DNA of 63,643 nucleotides, filler included, from Octopus bimaculoides (taxonomy: Eukaryota), in NCBI RefSeq assembly GCF_001194135.2. It is 5 parts of 4 records of this genome, joined end to end, with 100 filler letters (N's around TTAATTAATTAA, not from the genome) between each part and the next. Parts side by side here need not be neighbours in the genome. Positions count along the whole stretch, not along the records: positions 40,611 to 51,035 come from NC_069005.1; positions 51,136 to 62,141 come from NC_068990.1; positions 62,242 to 63,643 come from NC_068987.1; 2 more parts are not named here. One strand, 5' to 3'. Shown here piece by piece: positions 50,315-63,061 of the stretch. A program made the position numbers and the translations under genes. Under the pieces are notes generated by a model. The model made no database searches, had not been told where the DNA came from, and saw nothing but the letters and a program-made list of their open reading frames with translations. The stretch's first letter is position 1; each line of letters opens with the position of its first letter.

Positions 50315-50995
50315 TACATTATGACTACAGCTCAGTGTTTGTAAACACTGTAAAGGCTGTAAGTCATGACATGAACATCTACAATGGAGACTATGAAGCA
50401 ATTGCCAGTAGAAAGGGGTACAGCAGGCGTTCTGTGTCTAAACATCATAATTCATCTCCTCATCTTTGAATAGGCCTTAGGTTCAATTCAGATGGCTATG
50501 TGAAGCTGCTGGAGACTATGGTCAATATCTGACTTGAGAGGGTCACTGCTAGAAGGTCATATGTTTGAAAGTAGCATCTGGCTCCTTGCCATACCTTTCA
50601 AAAGAGTCAGAAGTGGTTGCTGGAGAATTTCTGCAACTTCATCTGCTCCAATCTCTGGCTTCTCAATTGTCCCTATTGTAAGTCTTACAACGTGTGGAGT
50701 GCAGTTGAGAAAGATACCAACCACTCTGCCTGCAACACCAAGTCGAGACCAAAGAAGTGTTCAAAGATCTTCCCTGGGACAGTGAGGAATGCATATGCCA
50801 GGTTTCAGTGTCATCTTGAGGTCATGATGGGAGCTGAGTGTGGCTACTTTGAATAAACTGTTATCTATCAGCCAAAATCTGATTGATGATGTTTTTTTTT
50901 TTTGATTTTTTTAAAAATACTTTTATTTTTGGATGGTATATATATTGTTTCTTTTCCTTTTATGCAAACTGTCAAATTTATCCTGAACACACCAT
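50315..50995 (+). mobile_element. Second maT-like Tc1/mariner relic, internally deleted, with 3' TIR
   Basis: Aligns by eye with the reverse of 21474-22558 (cagtgtt...cactgtaaaggctgtaag; catctttgaataggccttagg; VWSAVEKDTNHSACN; ORF end GYFE*). Ends gtcaaatttatcctgaacac. Confidence 0.8.
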
Positions 50996-51035
50996 ACCTA
51001 CATATATATCAGCATATATATATCAGCATATATAT

Positions 51036-51135
51036 NNNNNNNNNNNNNNNNNNNNNNNNNNNNNNNNNNNNNNNNNNNNTTAATTAATTAANNNNNNNNN
51101 NNNNNNNNNNNNNNNNNNNNNNNNNNNNNNNNNNN
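51036..51135. other. Artificial scaffold-join spacer N44-TTAATTAATTAA-N44
   Basis: Same cassette; 12-mer at 51080-51091. Confidence 0.95.
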
Positions 51136-51395
51136 ATATATATATATATATATATAGTGTAGTATATTGCCACTTAAGTGTGGCTGACCCCTAGGGGTGG
51201 ATGTTACTGTTGCTTTTAGCCCCAGGAGGACATCTCCTCCAGCTGGCTTATCGACACACTACTGTGTCCTGTTTGCCAGGATAAATAAGAATATATTCAT
51301 ATTCATGTATGTATATATGTAAATATATTAGGTATAGATATGTATACATTTATATACACACGCGCGCACGCACGCACACATACATACATGTATGA

Positions 51396-51500
<105 letters not shown>

Positions 51501-52317
51501 CATATATACATGTATATATACATATATATATGCATGTATTAGTATATGTATGTGTGAATGTTTAAGTATGTGTGTATGTATGTGTGCATGTGCGCGCACA
51601 CGTAAGTGTGTGCGCGTGTGTGTGTGTGCGCGCGCGTGTGCAATGGAGTTGAAATATTTCAGGATTACAATTTACAATAACTTCACTCGTCGAATTTTCG
51701 GAATTGTAACGTATAAAAGTATTGACAAATATTGTATATATTATGAATCGTTATTGATAGGTATATCTAAAAGGGGTGTATATAGAATATTAGAATAATA
51801 GAAAGTGAAGCTCGATGTGTTCATATATTCTACAAGTGACCGGAGTGAAAGCAGGTGTGCTGAAAACATAATCATAACCGTCAGGTAATATATATACACA
51901 CAAACACATACAAGCATAATATATTATTATTATTATTATTGCCATATAGATATGTATACATTTATATACACACATACATATATATATGTAAGTATGTATG
52001 TATGTATGTATGTATGTATGTATGTATGTATGTATGTATGTATGGAGGAGGCAACCACCTTACTATGATGGTATTGGATCAAAGCCGTCAGAACATCCAA
52101 CAACCGATACGTTGTTCGATCTTCAATGCATATATGTGTGTGCGTGTGTGTGTAGAGAAAGAGACAGACAGACAGAGACAGAGACAGAGACAGAGACACA
52201 GTGAGAGAGAGAGAGAGAGATAAAGAGAGATGAAGTCAGAAAGAGAGATATATAGACACATATAATTCATACATGATATACATATAGCACTACCACAAAT
52301 ACGCACACAGAAACCAA

Positions 52318-52352
<35 letters not shown>

Positions 52353-52895
52353 ACACACACACATACCATTAGTATTTGCTGAGAATTGAACACTATAATA
52401 CATCAAACTGACATTCCTCGTAATTATAACTGAAATTTTTATAATGTATTTCTGAAGCAATCAACTGATTTCCGCCATATTATTGAATATACAATACCGT
52501 ATGTTTGGCAATTTATACAGACTTTCCTTCAGAATGACAGATAATGACACCTGGTGGCTTTGATGCCGTTACTGATTTGAACGATGATGATCGTGACTAT
52601 GTTATTTATGTTGATGACAATTATGCTACGAGGATATTTGTAGAATAAATATAATATATCTGTAATGTTTTGGGTTGAATAGACAGACATATAGACAGAC
52701 ATATAGTGCGGAAGAAGTCAGTCGAATGATTAAGTGTGATCTCTAAATATATTACGTATATAATACGTTCGTCTGGTATACGGCAAACTCTGTCATATAG
52801 TGGTTATGTGGTACAATGCTGTAGTATGAGAAAATTGTATTTTCTTCACTATTCAGACCGTTTCTGTACTTCTAATTGGCGATTATACTCTAGAT

Positions 52896-53401
52896 GAGGA
52901 GTGGGGGAAACTCCCGCCCGCGTCCACGAGCCCGTTTCATTGTGCCCGCAGGCTGATATACTCATATGTACAAAATATAGTAAATTTTTCAATCAAAATT
53001 TATACAATATTCGTATACCTATTTGTGAAATAGGTCGCGTTTCCACTACGACTTAAAATGGTCAGAAATCGTCCGGTAATTGCCATTTGAATGGAAATTT
53101 TGTTTTCACTATAAAACACATATTGCTAGGTTTGTATCAACCCCTTGAGACCCAACTACATCAGCTGAAAAATATAGAATACCTCATAAGGAATATAAAC
53201 GTCCTAAATTCAGTGGCGGCGTTAATGAAGTTGTTATACGTTAATTTAATGTGTTAAACTTATCTTTATTAATGTATATTGAATTATACATAGATATATA
53301 CAAGATTTAAGCAGATATAAGAGTTAGCACTTGTGATCCGTCCACGGACCCTTTTTCTTGGTAGATTTTGCTTGCCGCACTAAAAAGTTTCCCCACTCCT
53401 G
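52896..53401. mobile_element. hAT-superfamily MITE (506 bp) with TIRs and 8-bp TSD
   Basis: Left end gaggagtgggggaaact; right end agtttccccactcctg. Identical flanks CTCTAGAT at 52888-52895 and 53402-53409. Subterminal gcccgcg/ccacgg motifs. Confidence 0.9.
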
Positions 53402-53922
53402 CTCTAGATTCTGATATTCACTCGTTGAGTGTATGTAGTGCAGTGTTGAGGCTTGAACAAGTAGTCTCTTCGCTGTTTGATCCATTTCTGTATGCTTGCT
53501 GTTGTCTCCATAACTCTCATGCCATTAAGTATATATTTATTTATACACACGCACACACACACACACATACAGACTCACACAGATGCACATGCGCAAATAT
53601 ACACAAGCACACACAAATATAGACATACACATACTCATATGTATTAATTGCAAACATACATAAATACGATTGATTCCGTACATCTTCCTTCTACTAAATT
53701 TCATTCACAAAGTATTAGCCAACCTGATATTACAGTAAAATAACAATTGGTCAAAGTGCTACGTATTGGGAACGAACCGAAAACTACACGTTTGAGAAAC
53801 AAAATCCTTAACTATATATTAATGCCAATATCTGTAATAATCTTTTTGTGTCTAAGATTTTACTTATTACATTTAGCAGAAACAGAAACCAGAGGTCGAG
53901 AGAGACAGACAGACAGACAGAC

Positions 53923-54051
<129 letters not shown>

Positions 54052-54213
54052 TACACTAACAGGAATGGAATGAAATAGAGACAGCGAAAGAAAGGAGTAG
54101 ATAAGATAATTGATGGAAAATTGGAAAGATGTATAAAGAAATAAGATTAGGATAAATAAATATTATTCAATAGGATATATATATATAGCGAGACATGAAA
54201 ATATGTATTGATT

Positions 54214-54273
<60 letters not shown>

Positions 54274-54326
54274 AAGTGGCGGGGAAGATAAAGGAGGCTG
54301 GGGGGAGAAAACAACGTGAGCTACTT

Positions 54327-54680
54327 AATGAAAATTAATGGAATACAAAAATATTTCCATATATGGAAAATTTAGAGCGTACCAATAAATGTGTGAAGAA
54401 ACAATAATATATAGATTGAATAAAGTGCAATAAACTGAAGAAATACATATAAAAAATATTATCAAATATTTTATCCAATTTCAATTTGATAAAATTCGAA
54501 GCTGAGTTTATCGTCTGCTGACTAAAATATCGGGACATAATGGAAACCATTTGCTGTACGTCAATATGCTGCGATATTTAGTAGCTTTACTCGCAATAAC
54601 TCAGTTCAATTTACTGCGAATAGAATAAAGAGGAAGTGTCGTTTGCTAAAATATGTTTAAAAGATATTTTAAATACATGA
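54327..54680 (+). repeat. Diverged ~350-bp direct duplicate of 56226-56540 with a conserved palindromic CArG box
   Basis: Shared blocks ttaatgaaaattaatggaa, TTTCCATATATGGAAA (54354-54369 and 56255-56270), ctaaaatatc..acataatggaaa and aactcagttcaattta, in the same order and with similar spacing. Confidence 0.75.
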
Positions 54681-55124
54681 AATATATTAGGTGTGGTCAT
54701 GTTATTGATGTTTTTTAACCCCGGGTCAGCTTTAATCAATCAAACTGATGAACAAAAGTGTTGCTGCCATGAACATTACGGTTGTTTGTATATCAGGGAG
54801 TAGACTGTTTTCCTATTGGTCTTTCTTTTTTTAAAGACGATATGATATGAATGTTAAACATGCCATACTGACAAATAAATTATCACATTTTCAATCTAGA
54901 TGATTTAAATAAATATATAAAATATAACTCACAAAAACTATTTTCAAATAATCAATGGAATTAACATATATCTATTTTCATACACGATGCTATTGTTTAA
55001 CCCCAGGTTAATCCATCTCTTTGTAAATCTATGACTACATTACCTAACGTGTTCTTCCTTTTATTAAGATAACTGATGTGATTTCAGGGAGATTTGGTTG
55101 CTATGTCTTGCATTTCGCAAATGC

Positions 55125-55320
55125 TCTTTTACTCTTTCATTTGCTTCAGTCATTGGAGTGCGGCCATGTTGGAGCACCACCCTGTGGGGTTAGACGAACA
55201 AACAGATCGTCTATAAGTGTGGTACCTATTCTATCGTTTTCAGTTGCTGAACAGCTAGATTATTGGGAAGTAAACAAACCAACACCGGTTGTCCAGTGAT
55301 GGGGCACAAGCTCGTCCACA
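55125..55320 (-). mobile_element. SINE family B tail (decayed)
   Basis: ctctttcatttgcttcagtcattgg...ccatgttggagcaccacc...gtaaacaaaccaacaccggttgtc. Confidence 0.7.
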
Positions 55321-55879
55321 ACATACATATACATGAACACACACAAAACACACACACATATATACAAGCACGCATTTATATTTGCCTTTCCCTTGGATAA
55401 CACTGGTGACGTGGAGAGAGGAGGCCGGTATGCATGGGCAACTGCTCGTTTTCCTTAAACAACTTTGTCCGGACTTGTGCCTGGGGTGGGTAACTTTCTA
55501 GGTGCAATCCCATGATCGGTTATGACCGAAGGGGGTCTCAAAGAATATAAGGATAAAATCACGTTTATGATTTTTATCAGGTTGTCAGCAACAAAAATTT
55601 ATAGGTAATTTATACATTAAATTCATAATTATATATANNNNNNNNNNNNNNNNNNNNNNNNNNNNNNNNNNNNNNNNNNNNNNNNNNNNNNNNNNNNNNN
55701 NNNNNNNNNNNNATATATATATATATATATAATTATATTAAGAGACCAAGGGCGAAAAGAACGACTTGTCTCGAACATGCTTGAATGCCGAGGCCTTCAG
55801 ATACTACCGGAAAACTCTAAAAATATACAAAATCGTTACGAAGTTCGTATATATAGATATATATGTGTGTAGATATATA

Positions 55880-56035
55880 TATATATATATATATGACTGT
55901 TCGTCGACCAAAATCACTCACAAGGCAAAGGCTGACCCGGAACTATAGCAAAAGCACTTGCCGAGGGTGCCATCAGTGGGGCTGAACCCAAAAACGCGTG
56001 CTTGCGAAACGAACTTCGTAACTATTCAGCCATAC
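55880..56035 (-). mobile_element. SINE family B head (decayed)
   Basis: accaaaatcactcacaaggc...gacccggaactatagcaaaagcacttgccgagggtgcc...gctgaaccc. Confidence 0.7.
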
Positions 56036-56689
56036 TATATAAGAATGAAAAACTATTCAGCCATACTATATAAGATGCAAACCAACTTTCTCATATTTTT
56101 CTTCTGTTATCCAAGAATATAAGATATAAGGAAAGATAAACAGAGAGGCATAGTGAGGAAAAAAGAGAGGCGGGTTTCAGAGTGAGAGAGAAGAACGAGA
56201 AGAAGAGAGAATTTTCGTTGACAAGTTAATGAAAATTAATGGAAAATAAAAATGTTTCCATATATGGAAATTTTAGAACATAAAATGAAATGTGTACAAG
56301 CACAACAGTAAAATGAAACAAAATAAATGCATTAAAGCGGTTTCATTTTGGATAAAATACGTAGATGAGTTTACCGTTTATTAGCTAAAATATCTGAACA
56401 TAATGGAAATTATTACGGCTCGTCAATGAGTAGCGGTGTTTTATGGTTCAACCAGTTAAAACTCAGTTCAATTTAATGTCAACGGAATAAATATGAAAGT
56501 TTCTTCTTCAATACGGGTTTAAAATATTTAAAACACATATAAGAAATTCAACGTTTCTTATGAAATATTCCAGTCAAACAATAAACCACAGTTTCAGCCT
56601 ATTTCGTATAAAAAAATATTTGTATGAAGAACGTGTGTTGGGGTGAGCATTTATGCGTCCCTTTCGAAAAAATCGTGCGTATAAGCGTA

Positions 56690-57085
56690 ATCGTAGCGAT
56701 GTGGTAAGAAGTTTGCTTTCCAACTACATGGTTCTGGGTTCAGACCCACTGCGTGACACCTTGGGCAAGTGTCTTCTTCTACAGCCTTGGTCCGACCAAA
56801 GCCTTGTGAAGGGATGTGATAGATGGAAACTGAAAGAAGCCCGTTGTGTGTGTGTGTGTGTATCTGTGTGTGTGTATATGTGTGTGTGCGTGTGTCTGTG
56901 TCTGTGTGCCTGTATCCCCCCCACTGCTTGACAACCGGTGTTGGTTTGTAACTTACCGTTCGGTAAAAGAGACCGATAAAGTGTGAACCAGCTTTCAATA
57001 TAAGTACTGGGGTCGATTTGACTAAAATTCTTCAAGGCAGTGCCCCAGCATGGCCACACTCTAATGGCTGAAACAATTAAAGGAT
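56690..57085 (+). mobile_element. SINE family B, full length and gap-free
   Basis: Head gatgtggtaagaagtttgcttt...gggttcagacccactgcgtgacaccttgggcaagtgtc; internal (TG)n; tail cttgacaaccggtg...aataagtactggggtcgatttgac...ggcagtgccccagcatggcc...ctgaaaca. Confidence 0.88.
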
Positions 57086-57954
57086 TAAAGATATCTACTG
57101 TAATAACACTCTTGTGTTTTTCTCCGTCACAACATACGAATGAGAAAAGAAGGGGTGATGGCAAACTTGGTAGTGGGATGATGGAGATCCCACGGGGAAA
57201 CATAATCAAACAGCAAGGGACGTATGTAAATTTTTGTGTGTGTATGTGTGTGTGCAATGGAAGTGGGATGGTGAACATTCAACGCTGAAAAGAAAAATCA
57301 AACAGCGTTTCAACTCTGCGTCAGCATATATGTGTCTGTGTGTGCGTGTACAAGGGAAATATGTGAACTAGCTTTCTTTAAATAACAAACTATGATCGAT
57401 GTCACACTCAAAAGACAACCACTAGATAACATTGACAAGTGTATTCATCTGATTTACCATCCATATTCTATCTTCTGTCCTTATTTATATATAAAATACT
57501 ACAATTAACCATCATTTTTGACGGCACGGGGTCACCTAGTATATTATTAGAAGCCAAGCTCCATGGCCTACCGTTTAAAAAGCTAACAAAAAGCATATTG
57601 AATAACTGTAGTCCAAAAATAAGACTTGGTGGTCATACCAAAAATGTCGTTGATCGTAGGTTGACCTGCGACTAGCTTCAACCCCTATGAAACGCCAACG
57701 TACGGCACAGTGATAGGCAGGCGTGTGACCACTTTAACAGATGGAAAGCCCTCTTTATTCCCATTTTACTAAGACGTATTGCAGTATCAGTAACAGATGT
57801 GAAAATCTCAGAATACCGCAACATGTTGTATTCTTAATTGAAAATAAAAATCAAGACAACTACAGTAGAGAGAAATAAGATAAAGAACAATATGAGCTCA
57901 ACGAAAATAGCTGCTAAATGAAAATAAATGATCTGTAGAAAAGTGCCCACATCC

Positions 57955-58007
<53 letters not shown>

Positions 58008-58656
58008 NNNNNNNNNNNNNNNNNNNNNNNNNNNNNNNNNNNNNNNNNNNNNNNNNNNNNNNNNNNNNNNNNNNNNNNNNNNNNNNNNNNNNNNNNNNNN
58101 NNNNNNNNNNNNNNNNNNNNNNNNNNNNNNNNNNNNNNNNNNNNNNNNNNNNNNNNNNNNNNNNNNNNNNNNNNNNNNNNNNNNNNNNNNNNNNNNNNNN
58201 NNNNNNNNNNNNNNNNNNNNNNNNNNNNNNNNNNNNNNNNNNNNNNNNNNNNNNNNNNNNNNNNNNNNNNNNNNNNNNNNNNNNNNNNNNNNNNNNNNNN
58301 NNNNNNNNNNNNNNNNNNNNNNNNNNNNNNNNNNNNNNNNNNNNNNNNNNNNNNNNNNNNNNNNNNNNNNNNNNNNNNNNNNNNNNNNNNNNNNNNNNNN
58401 NNNNNNNNNNNNNNNNNNNNNNNNNNNNNNNNNNNNNNNNNNNNNNNNNNNNNNNNNNNNNNNNNNNNNNNNNNNNNNNNNNNNNNNNNNNNNNNNNNNN
58501 NNNNNNNNNNNNNNNNNNNNNNNNNNNNNNNNNNNNNNNNNNNNNNNNNNNNNNNNNNNNNNNNNNNNNNNNNNNNNNNNNNNNNNNNNNNNNNNNNNNN
58601 NNNNNNNNNNNNNNNNNNNNNNNNNNNNNNNNNNNNNNNNNNNNNNNNNNNNNNNN

Positions 58657-58717
<61 letters not shown>
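58657..58717. repeat. (GTC)n CpG-rich trinucleotide microsatellite
   Basis: Uninterrupted gtc run at a gap edge. Confidence 0.95.
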
Positions 58718-58718
<1 letters not shown>

Positions 58719-59719
58719 TTTTGTTCAGCTCCGAATCGATACTGATTAGGCAGATCGATGATCAAAAATTTTCCAGTTATGAATTTGTTGTCCTTTTGTA
58801 TATCTAGAACTGTACTAATATATGATTTAAGAGAGATTAGGCTGCTATTTGTTGCAAGTCAAACAGCCACGTAGGTGTCTGGTTCTTCAATGGTGCGTCG
58901 CAAAGTATATCTAAGTGCACCGTAGATTTTTAAAGGTGTAATTTAAAAATTTATAAATCTGAAAAATGGCTATTCATAATCTTGTTATACAAAATTTTGT
59001 TTTACGTGTATGGTTAATAAGACAAGGTAAGCTATAGTTTTCCATTTTTTTTTTTTTTCATTTTCTAAATCTTTCATTATATAAATTTTTGAAATGTCTT
59101 TCAGCAATTTGTGAAGTTAGGCCAATATGTCAGGTAATGAAATAGCATATTTGAATGGCCAGCTAGTACCAACACATTTCTCAGAACCTCTTTGAGTATG
59201 TTCATTCTTATATTTGAAAAGGAGAGTCTTTCCTGAAATATCAAAAGATGACTAAACAAACTGTGTATGGTAATACAATATTTTTACTCTTATTGACATT
59301 ATTTAACACATTTCCTTAACTTCTCATTTGAATTGCTCAAAAACTTTCTTTTTTTTTTTCAAACGTTTACGTCATCTACATATTGCAATACATCAAACAA
59401 ATTGCAAAATTAAAAAATGTTAAACTTCTAAGCAGTTTTCTTTTGTCAACTTTCCATTTGAAGTACGCCAGTAACTTTTAAATTTAATTTCTATTGTTCC
59501 AAGAAGTCAAAAGACTGAAAAATCACTGACGGAAACGTTTGCTGATTGGCTCAATATTGAAGTTATCCTTCAATGGTATCGAGTCATATTCACTTTTAGA
59601 AAGGAAGTTTCTGGATTGTGAAGTTCAAATCATCTTCAAGGTCTTAAGTAGAGTAAATTAGTCGGGGTTCTAAACTGGTCAACCAAGAGCTGACCTACGA
59701 CATTACGTTGTTTTCATAG

Positions 59720-59831
59720 CGTGTCCACAGGAGGAAAGTTTATCACCAAGAGATGAAAGCTATCTCTCCGGCGTGATGCCATACTGTTTCTGTCAAATAA
59801 GATCCAGTAACAAAGTATTGAGCAATCCGAG
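59720..59831 (+). CDS. Candidate orphan internal exon
   Basis: Acceptor ttacgttgttttcatag|C, donor CGAG|gtaatg. One open frame, CPQEESLSPRDESYLSGVMPYCFCQIRSSNKVLSNP. No homolog recognised. Confidence 0.25.
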
Positions 59832-60859
59832 GTAATGATTTGCAATGCTGTGGGATCGAAATGGCAATCCGGCAGTTGTAAAACAGAACACTTTACCACA
59901 CAGCCATTCCGACACCCAAGAATAATCTTACAAGATTATTGAAATTACCTTAAATTTATTAAATCATTTCTGATGTCGTTTTAAGCTTTCGAGTAATTTA
60001 CTTTCAGTATTTTTATGATTAGCTTCTTGAGTGTTCATATCTTTCACTAAATCCTTTGCTTTCGGTAAAATGTTCAACACAAAATTCTAAGTAATTTTAT
60101 TTGTTTGCTGAATAAAATACTTTAATTAGAACATTGCAAATCTTATGAGACCTTCACACAATGGAGAATCTCATTTATTAAAGTTTGTCAGTACGAGTAT
60201 GCTTCTTGTTCATGCATATATGTGTGTGTGTGTGTGTGCGTGTGTGTATGATGTGTGTGCTTGTATGTAGTTGTGTCTATGGGAGTGAGCTTGTACAGCT
60301 GTGTGAGTATTTGTATATGTGAATCTATTTCCGTGTGTTCGTATATTAGTATTTTTGTTTGTGTGTTAGCGTGAACTAATATAACTCATTTAATCTCAAT
60401 GTATAAATATATGTCGAAGAATGTAGCTAAAGTTTCTGCTGACATTTCTTCAGGGATACCTGAAGATCTTATCAAGTAAACCACATTCATTTACACAGGG
60501 GTGTTCGATGAGGCAGAAAGTAAAATGGACGCCTTTAGAATTTATTTTGCCTCACTTAAATTGCTGTTGCTGCGGTTGTTGTTGTTGCTGTGGTTATTGT
60601 TCTTGCTCTTATTGTAGTCATTGCTGTTGTTTAGCCCCAGGTCGTATATAGTCGAACAGATATGGCTGCAGTTATCCTGCCTTTTTTTAAAAATAGTTCG
60701 TTTCAGACGATATTATGCAACAACGTACACTGTGGTTTTATAAAGATTTGATTACAATTTTCAGCAGGTTCAATAACCACAAAGAGGCTGCTTTAGCTAG
60801 CAAGGGGTATTAAATGTAAATTAATTAAAACTGTAATAGGTGAATAGATAAATAAATAA

Positions 60860-60919
<60 letters not shown>

Positions 60920-61274
60920 TTGGTGCACCTTAGTGTGAATTGCAATCAAGATAAGAAAAACGGCGCTCATTACTGTTATTGATGCAACACAACTAGATGC
61001 ACAGTATCCTTACTCCTATGCGGCAGATGCAGGATGGGTCGAAACGACCGTCGTGCTGAATATAGATTCGTACTAAACCCATCTCCCGTTTCCTTAATCG
61101 ATTATACACTCAACAAACACTGCGGATTTCTTGACGTAGATCCAGTGAAGAGTATATCGTTACCGTGGATGACATCAGGAAGCCCAAACGGTGAAAATAC
61201 TTTAATCGACACACTAATAGACATATACCCAAAGTCCGGGTAGTTACACACACACGCACACGCACACACACACA

Positions 61275-61318
<44 letters not shown>

Positions 61319-62141
61319 NNNNNNNNNNNNNNNNNNNNNNNNNNNNNNNNNNNNNNNNNNNNNNNNNNNNNNNNNNNNNNNNNNNNNNNNNNNNNNNNNN
61401 NNNNNNNNNNNNNNNNNNNNNNNNNNNNNNNNNNNNNNNNNNNNNNNNNNNNNNNNNNNNNNNNNNNNNNNNNNNNNNNNNNNNNNNNNNNNNNNNNNNN
61501 NNNNNNNNNNNNNNNNNNNNNNNNNNNNNNNNNNNNNNNNNNNNNNNNNNNNNNNNNNNNNNNNNNNNNNNNNNNNNNNNNNNNNNNNNNNNNNNNNNNN
61601 NNNNNNNNNNNNNNNNNNNNNNNNNNNNNNNNNNNNNNNNNNNNNNNNNNNNNNNNNNNNNNNNNNNNNNNNNNNNNNNNNNNNNNNNNNNNNNATATAT
61701 AGTCTAACGTATAAGAACATGGTGGTTGTGTGATGTATCATCGATTCACAGTGTATGACGTAATTTATATGATATTTATTCAAACATTTACAGTCTAGCT
61801 ATGAAGACGATGTACAGGTGCATGCGTGTTCGCGTGTTCCTGTGTGTGCTTGTACGCGTGCGTGCGTGCATGTGTATGGTGGTACGCATGCGTGTTTGTT
61901 GGTGTCAATGTGTAAGCATATACACGTATTTGCATTTATATCAGCGTGTGTCTGTGGGCGTTTGTTAATATTTATGCACGTATCACCGTTCTTTCTCTAT
62001 CCTTGGCTTCCTATTACATTAAAGTTTTGATATATTTGTATATAAATGAACGTATATACATATCTATTACTCTCTGTCTCTTTCTTTCCCTCTCTCTGTC
62101 TCTCTTTCTGTCTGTCTGTCTCTGTCTCTTTTTCTGTCTGT

Positions 62142-62241
62142 NNNNNNNNNNNNNNNNNNNNNNNNNNNNNNNNNNNNNNNNNNNNTTAATTAATTAANNN
62201 NNNNNNNNNNNNNNNNNNNNNNNNNNNNNNNNNNNNNNNNN
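62142..62241. other. Artificial scaffold-join spacer N44-TTAATTAATTAA-N44
   Basis: Same cassette; 12-mer at 62186-62197. Confidence 0.95.
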
Positions 62242-62415
62242 ATCACGCTGTAATTTTTGGGCTGAGAAATCAACACTTAAAAGCCATAATTTTAAGGAGC
62301 GATAAGAATTTTTGAATAAAGGAAGATGGGTAGTGGTGGGTAGGTACCGCCAGCGAGTAGAGAGGGCTCTTAATTGTAGATTTTAAATATTTGAGAGACA
62401 ACAATGCATAAATCG

Positions 62416-62459
<44 letters not shown>

Positions 62460-62589
62460 ATATATATTGTCAGTTCAAGTCATTCACTGAGTTACATATG
62501 GCCTAGTCATTAGAGTGAAAGTTTATCTATCATAGACGGTAACTCATATTCTGTCATTTCAACTGTGTTGCGTTCTTTGGCATACACAC

Positions 62590-62745
62590 ACACACAATGG
62601 CTTCTTACAGTTTCCATCAATGAAATCTAATCACAAAGTTTTGGATGGCCTGAAGCTATAATAGGAAGCACTTGCTCAAGGTACCATGCAAAGGGACTGA
62701 ACAAAAAACTGTGTGGTTAGGAAGCAAACTTCTTAACCATGCCTG
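62590..62745 (-). mobile_element. SINE family B head (CpG-decayed)
   Basis: tggcttcttacagtttccatc...cacttgctcaaggtaccatgc...ggaagcaaacttcttaacca. Confidence 0.7.
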
Positions 62746-63061
62746 CATATGTATCTAAATATCACAAAACATTAGTCAGCAGCACCATTATACCTTCCCA
62801 ACCAATTCTGTCTATCAACCACTTTTACCATTTGAGCACAATAATGAAGCCAGTGCAGTAAACACTATGTGTTTGCTTGACCTGCCAGAAATAACAGCTG
62901 AATCTTCCTCATTTCATATCTTACCATCTTAAAAAAAGGGAAGATCACATTGAGATAAGGTAGTTTCTTGATATGCTATGTCTAAAAATGAACAAAGACA
63001 AATGGGATGGCCATGGCTGCTAAGTCTGTTTCATCAAAGCTGGTCTGAAGCTAAGTCACGT

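Noticed and set aside
52857-52979. Plus-strand exon candidate TVSVLLIGDYTLDEEWGKLPP... with a strong acceptor
   Set aside because: It runs across the left TSD/TIR junction of the hAT MITE, so the frame is most likely fortuitous.
62780-62860. Minus frame CLLHWLHYCAQMVKVVDRQNWLGR as a possible further POLRMT exon
   Set aside because: Similarity to POLRMT (HWLTESARLI...EWVTPLG) is weak and the acceptor is poor.
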